This document shows, one piece after another, positions 8,585 to 16,358 of a stretch of DNA of 20,244 bases. Numbering within the stretch: position 1 is the stretch's first letter; every line of letters begins with the position of its first letter. The notes beneath the pieces were generated by a model, which ran no database searches, had not been told where the DNA came from, and saw nothing but the letters and a program-made list of their open reading frames with translations. Origin of the DNA: an uncultured delta proteobacterium (GTDB lineage: Bacteria; Desulfobacterota; Syntrophobacteria; Syntrophobacterales; Syntrophobacteraceae). Where the stretch lies: contig CAWEHK010000020.1 in the NCBI GenBank assembly GCA_963808625.1, positions 1-20,244 on the forward strand. Reading direction: 5' to 3'. Both the position numbers and the translations under genes were made by a program.

Positions 8585-10268
8585 AAACTGTCCAAAAAGA
8601 ACTTGCACTCATTTCAGCCCTTTTTCGAACCACGAAGAACACGAAGAAATCACTTCGTGTCCTTCGTGTTCTTCGTGGTAAAAGAAGGCCTTCTATCTTT
8701 GGACGCCCCCTAAGTGCTCCGAGGCTGCGCTTTCGTGCGGCTTCTCTGTCCTCACCATTTGTTTTGATCATCAGTGCCTGGGCTTCGCTGAACCTGGACC
8801 ATACGTACAAGGCAATGGCAACAGCGGTTGCCGCATTCAGCGATTCAACCTGCGGACCGATGGGAATGGCCAGGGCGCGCTTTTTCCACCGGTCCGGCAA
8901 ACCCGGTCCTTCCATGCCGGCCAGCAGCCCAAAGCTTTCCGGGAACTCAAAGTCGGAAATATCCCTGCCCTCAGAGGAAAGGGCCAGGAGCGGCAAGTCT
9001 TCGGGTAAGTCTTTGAGGGGAGGTCCTTCCCGCAGCGCGGCGTGGAGCACAGCGCCCCCCGAAGCCCGCAGGGACTTCGGATGATACGGATGAGCGCTTT
9101 CCGCAAGGAGAATCACCTGGGCCGCGCCAAAGGCGACTGAGGAACGAATCGCTGCGCCTACATTTTCGGGGTCCTGAAAAGGGATAAACACCGTGCAACC
9201 CTCGGGCAAACCATCCTGCGGCTGCCACGCGGGCATTGTTTGAACCCCGACCAGGAGCAGCGGTGCTCCCGTTCCAAAGATATCGATCTTCTCAAAGAGA
9301 TGCGGCTCCAACTGGAACCAGGCCAGATGCTCGGGGGCATCGACCGGTGGGGGATTTTCCTCACCTCGCGTAATCCAGGCTTCACAGAGGTCCGGAGTCT
9401 GCCTCAGGATCTCGGCTACCTGTTTTGCCCCGGCCACCAGCGCCTTTTGCTGTTTCTTGATGCCGCGGCTCCCGAGAAGCTTCTTCAAATCTCTGAAAAG
9501 TTCATTCTTCTCACTGTCAATCTTGCGTAAAGCGTGCCGGTCCATGGCTTGCCTTATTCTTTGCCGGAGCGGGTGGCCCGTCCGCTGGAGGACCACCAGT
9601 CGGCGCTGGTGAGGGGTATTGGGAATGACATAAGGGAGGTCCTGAAGCAACCGGTATTCCTGCCCAAATCGCCGGAGGGCCTCATGAATTTCCGGGTCGC
9701 AGTTTGGCCCTTTCATAAAGATCGCTAAACCATCCTTGATAAGACACCCCGAAATGCGATCCAGGGTGGAGGCGATGCTCTCGAGTGCCCGCGTAATGAC
9801 GCCCGCCATGCGGTCCTGAAAATCGGCAGTAATTTTCTCCCCGATGATTTCAAGTCCTTCCAGTTGCATCGATTTCTGCACCGTCTGGAGGAAAGCTACC
9901 CGCTTCTGGCGACTCTCAGCGAGGTAGATCAGGAGTCCCGGATAAGCGATTTTCAGAGGAACCCCGGGCATTCCCGGCCCTGTTCCCAGGTCAAGCAGGG
10001 GAGAAGGCAGTTTCATTAACTTTCCGGGAAGGATAGAATCCGCATACAACTTGAGCACCATGTTGGTAAAATTATGGACACGCGTCAAGTTGAGATCAAT
10101 ATTGTGTTGCCGCAATAATTGATGATAGCTCCAGAGCTTTCTGAGCTGGGCTTCAGACAGGCCCAAGCCGCACGATTTCAGCAGGCCGGCCATTTTCTCC
10201 GGCCCCGGGGGAATTCGCTCGTCAGCTTGGCCGTGCACTTTTTGAGACCTATTCATTTCGATGGGCAT
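8415..10268 (-). CDS. rsmG: RsmG (16S rRNA m7G527 methyltransferase) fused to a TrmH/SpoU SPOUT RNA methyltransferase, with a repeat-derived C-terminal extension
   Basis: N-terminal half has NLTR, DLGTGPGMPG, ESRQKRVAFL, TRA and MKG (RsmG). C-terminal half has QDPENVGAAIRS, RASGG, G.EG.GL and IPI...VESLNAA.A (SPOUT). Start uncertain (10280 TTG, 10268, 10256 or 10193). Confidence 0.88.
   Translation of the reverse strand: MPIEMNRSQKVHGQADERIPPGPEKMAGLLKSCGLGLSEAQLRKLWSYHQLLRQHNIDLNLTRVHNFTNMVLKLYADSILPGKLMKLPSPLLDLGTGPGMPGVPLKIAYPGLLIYLAESRQKRVAFLQTVQKSMQLEGLEIIGEKITADFQDRMAGVITRALESIASTLDRISGCLIKDGLAIFMKGPNCDPEIHEALRRFGQEYRLLQDLPYVIPNTPHQRRLVVLQRTGHPLRQRIRQAMDRHALRKIDSEKNELFRDLKKLLGSRGIKKQQKALVAGAKQVAEILRQTPDLCEAWITRGEENPPPVDAPEHLAWFQLEPHLFEKIDIFGTGAPLLLVGVQTMPAWQPQDGLPEGCTVFIPFQDPENVGAAIRSSVAFGAAQVILLAESAHPYHPKSLRASGGAVLHAALREGPPLKDLPEDLPLLALSSEGRDISDFEFPESFGLLAGMEGPGLPDRWKKRALAIPIGPQVESLNAATAVAIALYVWSRFSEAQALMIKTNGEDREAARKRSLGALRGRPKIEGLLLPRRTRRTRSDFFVFFVVRKRAEMSASSFWTVSWNVSKEVLGSSPPRDFGGGPGSQRYLDSRLDHSGMTISSFPQRPELRGNHCNGAF
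8584..8710. mobile_element. MITE-like element B, copy 1: TIR shell with CACGAAGAA 9-mer palindrome
   Basis: Ends gaaactgtccaaaaaga and (rc) gggggcgtccaaagata. Core accacgaagaacacgaag...cttcgtgtccttcgtgttcttcgtggt. Near-identical inverted copy at 16114-16230 and a diverged copy at 11130-11239. Confidence 0.8.
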
Positions 10269-10349
10269 TATGGTTTTCAAGACAACGCTTCAACGATTTC
10301 TCGGTTCAGCCCGGTGCCGCCCGAGCCCCATCGAAGGGTGCAGGTGACG

Positions 10350-11147
10350 ATGAGCAGACCGTATCTCTACCATCCCGACTGGCCTGTTCTGTATGAGGAC
10401 AATCACCTGCTGGCGCTTTATAAACCGGCAGGCCTGCTCGTTCAAGGCGATCGCACCGGAGCCGCCTCGCTTTTAGATCTTGCCAAGGCCTGGTTGAAGG
10501 AACGTTATCAAAAGAAAGGTGAAGCTTTCCTGGGCCTGGTTCACCGCCTTGACCGCCCGGTCGCGGGGGTGGTGTTGTTCTGTCGCACCTCCAAAGCAGC
10601 CGCCCGCATCAGCGAACAATTTCGCTCCGGGAAGATCCGGAAATGCTACCTTGCCATCGTTGCAGGAAGTCCGGCGGCAAGCTCAGGGCAGTTGATCGAT
10701 CACCTCGAGCGCCATGAGAACCGTTCCAGCCGCATCACCCCGATACCCACTTCCGCCAGTCAGGAAGCGCGACTATCTTACCACGTCCTGGCGACCGCGA
10801 CCTCTTCAAGCCTGCTGGAAATTCACCTGGAAACCGGCAGGCATCATCAGATTCGAGTGCAGATGTCACACCTCGGGCATCCCATTCTCGGAGATTTGCG
10901 CTACGGGGCGCCCGCTCCCCTGGCGCAAAAGCAAGTCGCCCTCGTTGCCTCAAAGCTCACTCTCTATCACCCGATCACCAAAGACGAGCTCAGCATCTCC
11001 TCCCCCCTGCCCAAAGACTGGCCCTGGCCGCCCGATCAGCCCATCTCCCAAGGACCACCATGGGATTGGAAAGAGCTTCATGCACTGATTTGCTCCACCC
11101 GTGGTCTACCAAATTATTGTTCATTTTGCGAGACTGTGAAAAGATAG
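10350..11147 (+). CDS. RluA-family RNA pseudouridine synthase
   Basis: LYEDNHLLALYKPAGL, catalytic VHRLDRPVAG, TGRHHQIRV and HPILGDLRYG motifs; AGGTG before ATG 10350. Confidence 0.93.
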   Translation: MSRPYLYHPDWPVLYEDNHLLALYKPAGLLVQGDRTGAASLLDLAKAWLKERYQKKGEAFLGLVHRLDRPVAGVVLFCRTSKAAARISEQFRSGKIRKCYLAIVAGSPAASSGQLIDHLERHENRSSRITPIPTSASQEARLSYHVLATATSSSLLEIHLETGRHHQIRVQMSHLGHPILGDLRYGAPAPLAQKQVALVASKLTLYHPITKDELSISSPLPKDWPWPPDQPISQGPPWDWKELHALICSTRGLPNYCSFCETVKR

Positions 11148-11239
11148 CAAGGACACGAAGTTATTTCTTCGTGCTCTTCGTGTTCTTCGTGGTTCGAAAA
11201 AGGAGCTGCAATGATTGCAGATTGTTTCTTGACAGTCTC
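11130..11239. mobile_element. MITE-like element B, copy 2 (diverged)
   Basis: TIRs gagactgtgaaaaga and (rc) gagactgtcaagaaa. Internal cttcgtgctcttcgtgttcttcgtggttcgaaaaagg.gctg.aatga.tgca matches copies 1 and 3. Contains the RluA-family stop codon. Confidence 0.78.
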
Positions 11240-11323
11240 TAAGTGTCTGGTCGACTGAGCTTGAAGGCTGTTGCTTGCGCTTTGATTTCCGGCAGTGGTC
11301 TGCCAAAAAGGAGGAAGGGGTCG

Positions 11324-11863
11324 ATGGAGCTCATGGAGGTCATCAAGAGTCGACGGAGTATCCGGAGATACGAGGAAAAAGACGTGCCGGATGAGGTGCT
11401 GAATCAGCTTTTCGAGGCGGTCATGTGGACCCCCTCCTGGGCCAACACACAATGCTGGGAACTGATCGTGGTGAAGGATCGGGACACCAAGGAAAAGCTC
11501 CAGGAGACGATCAGCAAAGGAAATCCCGCCACCAAAGCGATGGTTAGCGCTCCAGTGGTCATTGCGCTGTGCGGCAAGCTTGAAAGCGCCGGCTATTACC
11601 ATGGCCAGGTGACCACCAAGTTCGGCGACTGGTTTATGTTCGACCTCGGCCTGGCCACCCAGAATCTTTGCCTTACCGCCCACAATTTGGGGCTTGGCAC
11701 CGTGATTGTGGGGCTCTTCGATCACGATAGGGCCAAAGAGATACTGGCGGTTTCCCCGGGCTATGAACTGGTGGTGCTCATTCCTCTCGGTTATCCGGCA
11801 AAAGAACCCAGGGCACCCAAAAGACGAGAGCCCGGCGAATTTGTCCATTTTGGCAAGTTTTAA
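11324..11863 (+). CDS. Nitroreductase-family (FMN-dependent) protein
   Basis: IKSRRSIRRY, PSWANTQCW, D.GLA.QNLCL.AHNLGLGT and IPLGYP motifs; AGGAGG RBS. Confidence 0.93.
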   Translation: MELMEVIKSRRSIRRYEEKDVPDEVLNQLFEAVMWTPSWANTQCWELIVVKDRDTKEKLQETISKGNPATKAMVSAPVVIALCGKLESAGYYHGQVTTKFGDWFMFDLGLATQNLCLTAHNLGLGTVIVGLFDHDRAKEILAVSPGYELVVLIPLGYPAKEPRAPKRREPGEFVHFGKF

Positions 11864-12045
11864 GGCGAAGAACAAAACGGCGTACCCGCACGAAAAACGA
11901 TCGAAATGTTTGACAGGAATCACCCGGTGAGTCTGTTTGGGGATAATCAGAACCCGAAATCCTTGGAATATCAGCGATGATTGTGCCATCAGCAGTTCCT
12001 GGTTTGGCGCATTGAACAAGGAACGGACTACCCGAATGATCGGTC

Positions 12046-12249
12046 CTAACCTTCATATTTGAAGGAGACGTTGACTCTTACCCGGTAAGCAACGGGCTTC
12101 CCATCTTCAATTGTTAAATCCAGTTTTGTGATTTCCGCAATCCTTAATTCCCTCAAACTCTTGCTGGCCGTCAGCACAGCCTGCATGGCCGCATCTTCCC
12201 ATGACACCTCACTCGTCCCGACTAGTTCGATAATTTTGTATACACTCAT
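12046..12249 (-). CDS. Dodecin-family (flavin-binding) protein
   Basis: 67 aa MSVYKIIELVGTS..SWEDAA..AV..ASKSLR...YRVRVNVSFKYE; GGAGGAGAG RBS. Confidence 0.92.
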   Translation of the reverse strand: MSVYKIIELVGTSEVSWEDAAMQAVLTASKSLRELRIAEITKLDLTIEDGKPVAYRVRVNVSFKYEG

Positions 12250-12380
12250 GGCTCTCCTCCCTTGTAGGATCAAAAAGCTGGACGTTCACATCCAATGTGC
12301 TCGCCGCTTTGTTCTTCCAACTCCAGTAATCTCGCGCTTGCAGACGACCCAATCCCACATTAAACCCCGTTCCACTAATG

Positions 12381-12911
12381 CTACTCCTCAACCCTGATCG
12401 TCGTCCTGATTCTGTTGCTCTGCTTCACTTCGCCGTTGACAACGTATTCGGCATAGCATTCCAGCTTGCTATAGAAAGCAGCAACATTGCGGGTCTGAAT
12501 CTTGACCATGAACCTCCCCGGACTGCCGTACTCGACACGCTCGATGTTTGCGCAAAAGAGAGGCGAAATCTGTGCATACGGCCCTTCTGCGGCCCAGCGG
12601 GAACAGACCGAACCGATGGGCTGATTGTCCTGCGTTTCCGTCGCATAGCAGTAGAGCGGCGGCGATGCAAAAGAAGCTCTTTCCGTCAACCACTGGAAAC
12701 AGGCCTTTTTGATTGGCGGTCTGCCATCTGCATCAAAAGTCACTATAATGTCATAGGGAAGATCTTCCTGGGTGATTTCCGGCAGCGACAGGCGGAGTAG
12801 ACGCAGTTCGCCCCGCGGTGGATTGAGAAGCTGCATCAAGGTGCACGAGGATATTAGTACCAACACGACCCCGCCTACCAGAACCGATGCCAGCATCGAC
12901 CTTAAGTTCAT
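12381..12911 (-). CDS. Hypothetical lipoprotein
   Basis: 176-aa ORF with GGAGGAG RBS, hydrophobic signal and LISSC lipobox. No family recognised. Confidence 0.7.
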   Translation of the reverse strand: MNLRSMLASVLVGGVVLVLISSCTLMQLLNPPRGELRLLRLSLPEITQEDLPYDIIVTFDADGRPPIKKACFQWLTERASFASPPLYCYATETQDNQPIGSVCSRWAAEGPYAQISPLFCANIERVEYGSPGRFMVKIQTRNVAAFYSKLECYAEYVVNGEVKQSNRIRTTIRVEE

Positions 12912-12991
12912 GTCTCCTCCCCTGAAACGGGCGTTTGCCCTGATGTATTCGCTCGAATTATGCTCGTTAAGAATGAAAAGGTCCTCTTTTT

Positions 12992-13072
12992 ACCGCGGAG
13001 AACGCAGAGTACGCAGAGAAATTTCGCTATGAAATCATTAGGTTTCTCGGCGACGTCAGCGTGCTCTGCGGT
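12992..13072. repeat. 9-mer-periodic palindrome (ACGCAGAG type), copy 1
   Basis: accgcggagaacgcagagtacgcagaga ... tctcggcgacgtcagcgtgctctgcggt forms an imperfect inverted repeat; related copy at 16260-16332. Confidence 0.7.
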
Positions 13073-13145
13073 GAGTTCCCTAGTCCGCCAAAATGAAGGT
13101 TCTCAACTCAAATAAGTATAACCATGACTGAGAACGGTTTCTCTA

Positions 13146-13279
13146 GGAGGTTGTCCAAAAAGTTCTCCCGAATCACATTGCGTCATACAGACGAAAGCCG
13201 GAATCCAGGTTTTCCATGACCCTCTGGACCCCGGCTTTCGCCGGGGTGACGGGATAGAAGGGCTTTTTAGACATCCTCC
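13146..13279. mobile_element. MITE-like element A-type: TIR shell enclosing a GTCA-type REP palindrome
   Basis: TIRs ggaggttgtccaaaaagttct and (rc) ggaggatgtctaaaaagccct. Core 13182-13250 is gtcata...gaaagccggaatccag...ctggaccccggctttcgccggggtgac. Confidence 0.78.
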
Positions 13280-13305
13280 AACAATTGCTCGATCAATAGT
13301 CCCCT

Positions 13306-14220
13306 TCACCGTGTCGAACCAGACCGGCATGATCTCGTATAGCGACCGGGCAAGGATCGCTGCATCTTCTCTTCCAGGCTCCGGACCACCTCGGCCAGGC
13401 GCTCGATGGAGATTCCCGTGGACATCCCCATGGATTCGAAAAGATGGACCACATCCTCGGTTGCCACATTGCCGGCTGCTCCCGGTATAAAGGGGCATCC
13501 TCCCAGTCCTCCGCAGCAGGCATCAAACCTGTTCACCCCCGATTTCCATGCTGCGTAGACATTTGCCAGACCAAAGCCATACGTATCATGAAGGTGAAGG
13601 GATAAAGGCAGATCACAAACCTCGCGGAGGCCTTTCGTCATCTCCTCCATCTGTATCGGATGAGCAAGGCCGGCCGTATCCGCAAGGTTAACCTCGTCCG
13701 CTCCACTTTGCGCATACGCCTCGATGAGCTGCAAGACCAACCGGGGCGAAATTTTCCCTTCAAAGCGACACCCGAAAGCATTCATAACCCCCGCCTGAAC
13801 GGCCAGGCCAAAAGACTTTGCCCGTTCAATCAGGGCACGGGCCGCGACGGAAGCCTCAGCAACGGAGCAGTTGCTGTTTTCCCGGCTGTGAGTCTCGCTC
13901 GCAGAAACGAAAATTGAAACATGTTTGAGGCCCGCCGAAACCGCCCGGTCCAGGCCCCGCTTATTCAATACCAGGGCAGAGTACGCAACACCCGGATCGT
14001 GGACAATACCTTCATATATCTTTTCCGTTTCGGCCATCTGAGGCACCCGGCGAGGACTTACGAAGGCCCCGATCTGAATGCGCCTGAACCCGCACGCTGA
14101 AAGGGCATTGATCAGCTCAATCCGCTCCTCCACCGAGAACAAACGGGATTCATTCTGAATACCGTCGCGAGGCGCATCCTCTTCAATGAATACCACAGGC
14201 TCTTTCTCGCCGAGCATCAT
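13306..14220 (-). CDS. Hydroxymethylglutaryl-CoA lyase family (DRE-TIM metallolyase)
   Basis: PRDGIQNE, FVSP..VPQMA, LADTAG.A.P, LHLHDTYG, GGLGGCPFIPGAAGNVATED motifs. Confidence 0.93.
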   Translation of the reverse strand: MMLGEKEPVVFIEEDAPRDGIQNESRLFSVEERIELINALSACGFRRIQIGAFVSPRRVPQMAETEKIYEGIVHDPGVAYSALVLNKRGLDRAVSAGLKHVSIFVSASETHSRENSNCSVAEASVAARALIERAKSFGLAVQAGVMNAFGCRFEGKISPRLVLQLIEAYAQSGADEVNLADTAGLAHPIQMEEMTKGLREVCDLPLSLHLHDTYGFGLANVYAAWKSGVNRFDACCGGLGGCPFIPGAAGNVATEDVVHLFESMGMSTGISIERLAEVVRSLEEKMQRSLPGRYTRSCRSGSTR

Positions 14221-14245
14221 GACCTCGTGTCTTTAGGTGAGAATA

Positions 14246-14437
14246 CAGGAGTCAGGAGTTAGAAGCCAGAAGAAAAATTTCGGATTTCGGATGGCGGATG
14301 GCGGATGTCGGATGTCGGATGTCGGACCTTCAGCTTCACTCTTCCGACTTCTCTCTTCTCTCTTCCGTCTCCCTCGTCGTCCTGCCTTCTGACTTCTGTC
14401 TCTTCTCTGTCTCCTGTCTCCTGTCTCCTGTCTTCCG
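14246..14437. repeat. Composite heptamer tandem-repeat region
   Basis: CAGGAGT/AGAAGCC units (14246-14272), seven ATKKCGG units (14277-14325) and pyrimidine-rich CTGTCTC units (four consecutive at 14407-14434). Confidence 0.85.
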
Positions 14438-14528
14438 CTCTCCAGACTTACATTCTCTAAAGGTATGTGTTACATTCCCCGTGGATCATCTCCAATTCGA
14501 AAGAGTGCAAAGGCGAGAAGGATTTCAG

Positions 14529-14861
14529 ATGGTCAAACGCACACGAATAAAACCCGGTAGTGAGACCAAGCCAAGAGCGGCACATCGTCATTCTCCCAAA
14601 GACACGGCTGTGGAGTCAAGCGTTTCTGAAAAAGCGAAGAAAGCATTCGACATCGATATCTTTCGGGGCTGGTGTAAATCTTGTGGGATCTGCGCCGCAT
14701 TCTGCCCGCGTGAGTGTATTGGGAAGGACGAGGAAGGTTCACCAGTTGTTAAAGACGCAAACCGCTGTAGCGGGTGCGGGTGGTGTGAAGTGCATTGCCC
14801 GGACTTTGCTATCAGTGTGCGGCAGCGCAATCTGAATCCCGTGCAGCCTGAAGAAGACTGA
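14529..14861 (+). CDS. korD: 2-oxoacid:ferredoxin oxidoreductase delta subunit (2x[4Fe-4S] ferredoxin)
   Basis: CKSCGICAAFCP and CSGCGWCEVHCPDFAI motifs, first gene of the kor operon; AAGGA before ATG 14529. Confidence 0.85.
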   Translation: MVKRTRIKPGSETKPRAAHRHSPKDTAVESSVSEKAKKAFDIDIFRGWCKSCGICAAFCPRECIGKDEEGSPVVKDANRCSGCGWCEVHCPDFAISVRQRNLNPVQPEED

Positions 14862-14891
14862 TGGGTCCCCATCATGGAGGATTGAGCTAAT

Positions 14892-16037
14892 TTGATCACA
14901 GCAAAAAGTCGCGGACGTCAACTGCTGCTGCAGGGCAATGAAGCCATCGTCGAAGGCGCGCTCGCTGCCGGGTGTCGTTTTTTTGCCGGATATCCCATTA
15001 CTCCCGCCACCGAAATCAGTGAGGCCATGTCCTACCGTTTGCCGGCAGCAGGGGGAACCTTCATCCAGATGGAAGACGAGATCGCCAGCCTTGGCGCCGT
15101 CATCGGGGCCTCCCTCGCGGGCACCAAAGCGATGACTGCAACCAGCGGTCCGGGCTTCTCGCTCATGCAGGAAAACCTCGGCTTTGCGTGCGTGGCGGAA
15201 GTCCCGTGCGTTATTGTGGACGTCATGCGGGGAGGTCCGAGTACCGGTCTGCCCACCAACGTGAGCCAGGGTGATGTGATGCAGGCACGATGGGGCACTC
15301 ATGGCGACCATCCGATCATCGTCCTCGCGGTCTCAACGACTCAGGACTGCTTCGACATCACCGTCAAGGCATTTAATTTTTCGGAAAAATATCGGACCCC
15401 GGTCATCATCCTCTCCGACGAAGTGGTCGCTCATACCCGTGAAAAGATCTTTCTTCCCCACTCGGGAGAGATCGAGGTACTCGACAGGATTCGGCCGAAT
15501 ACCCCTCCTGAGTGGTATATTCCTTACGAGGACAACCCTCGAGGCGTTCCCCCGATGGGCATTTTCGGCGATGGATACCGTTACCACGTGACCGGATTGC
15601 TCCATGATGTTCGCGGGTTCCCGACCCAGCGCCCTGACGAGATCATCCCCTTCATGAACCGCCTCTACCGGAAGATCAACCAGCACTTCTACGACATTCA
15701 AATCGTTGAAGAAGAGTCTACTCAGGATGCCGACGTAATTGTGGTCGCTTACGGTTCGGTCTCGCGATCAGCACGCAGATCGGTAAGGGAGGCCAGGAAG
15801 CGCGGCATCAAAGCCGGCCTCGTGCAACTCATCACCATTTGGCCGTTTCCGAGGCAGATCCTGGAGCCATTATTGCGGCGGGTAAGAGCGGTTTTGGTTC
15901 CCGAATTGAACATGGGCCAGGTTTCGCGGGAAGTGAAACGCATCAACCAGGGCGTGACCCGGATTGAAACGCTGAACCGGATTGACGGCAATCTCATCAC
16001 ACCGGATGAAATCCTGGTGCGGTTGCTCAAACTGTAG
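14892..16037 (+). CDS. korA: 2-oxoacid (probably 2-oxoglutarate):ferredoxin oxidoreductase alpha subunit
   Basis: GNEA, FFAGYPITPATEI, QMEDEIAS, TATSGPGFSLMQE, RGGPSTGLPT motifs; GGAGG RBS and TTG start. Confidence 0.95.
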   Translation: MITAKSRGRQLLLQGNEAIVEGALAAGCRFFAGYPITPATEISEAMSYRLPAAGGTFIQMEDEIASLGAVIGASLAGTKAMTATSGPGFSLMQENLGFACVAEVPCVIVDVMRGGPSTGLPTNVSQGDVMQARWGTHGDHPIIVLAVSTTQDCFDITVKAFNFSEKYRTPVIILSDEVVAHTREKIFLPHSGEIEVLDRIRPNTPPEWYIPYEDNPRGVPPMGIFGDGYRYHVTGLLHDVRGFPTQRPDEIIPFMNRLYRKINQHFYDIQIVEEESTQDADVIVVAYGSVSRSARRSVREARKRGIKAGLVQLITIWPFPRQILEPLLRRVRAVLVPELNMGQVSREVKRINQGVTRIETLNRIDGNLITPDEILVRLLKL

Positions 16038-16113
16038 GATGCGCTCGAGGCAAATCCCCAGCCTTCCTGAAGTTGGGCTCCGCAATCAGCACGCAACGCT
16101 GGCTTCGGGCTTA

Positions 16114-16230
16114 ACGGGACCAAAAATAAGCGGCCTTCTTTTACCACGAAGAACACGAAGTGATTTCTTCGTGTTCTTCGTGATTCGAAAAAGGGCTGAA
16201 ATGAGTGCAAGTTATTTTTGGACGGTTTTT
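16114..16230. mobile_element. MITE-like element B, copy 3 (inverted relative to copy 1)
   Basis: ggccttcttttaccacgaagaacacgaag-tgatttcttcgtgttcttcgtg.ttcgaaaaagggctgaaatgagtgcaagtt.tttttggac.gttt matches the reverse complement of 8585-8695, lacking one 9-mer. TIRs ...ccaaaaataa / ttatttttgg.... Confidence 0.82.
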
Positions 16231-16259
16231 ATACTCGCGAAGGTTTAAAAGCTTCATCT

Positions 16260-16332
16260 TCACGCGGAGACGCAGAGGACGCAGAGTGTTATACAAAGGG
16301 CTTTTCTCCGCGGTCTCCGCGTCTCTGCGTGA
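16260..16332. repeat. 9-mer-periodic palindrome (ACGCAGAG type), copy 2
   Basis: tcacgcggagacgcagaggacgcagag ... ctccgcggtctccgcgtctctgcgtga forms an inverted repeat. Confidence 0.78.
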
Positions 16333-16358
16333 GGCAGAAACAGCAAGTTCTCAAGCTA

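Noticed and set aside
11114..12019. 301-aa minus-strand ORF and other long antisense ORFs (5599-6348, 6521-7168, 8437-9084, 18970-19569)
   Set aside because: They shadow well-supported genes on the opposite strand in GC-rich DNA and show no recognisable motifs.
14298..14528. 77-aa N-terminal extension of korD in the ORF track
   Set aside because: It is translated heptamer repeat with no convincing RBS; ATG 14529 has an AAGGA RBS.
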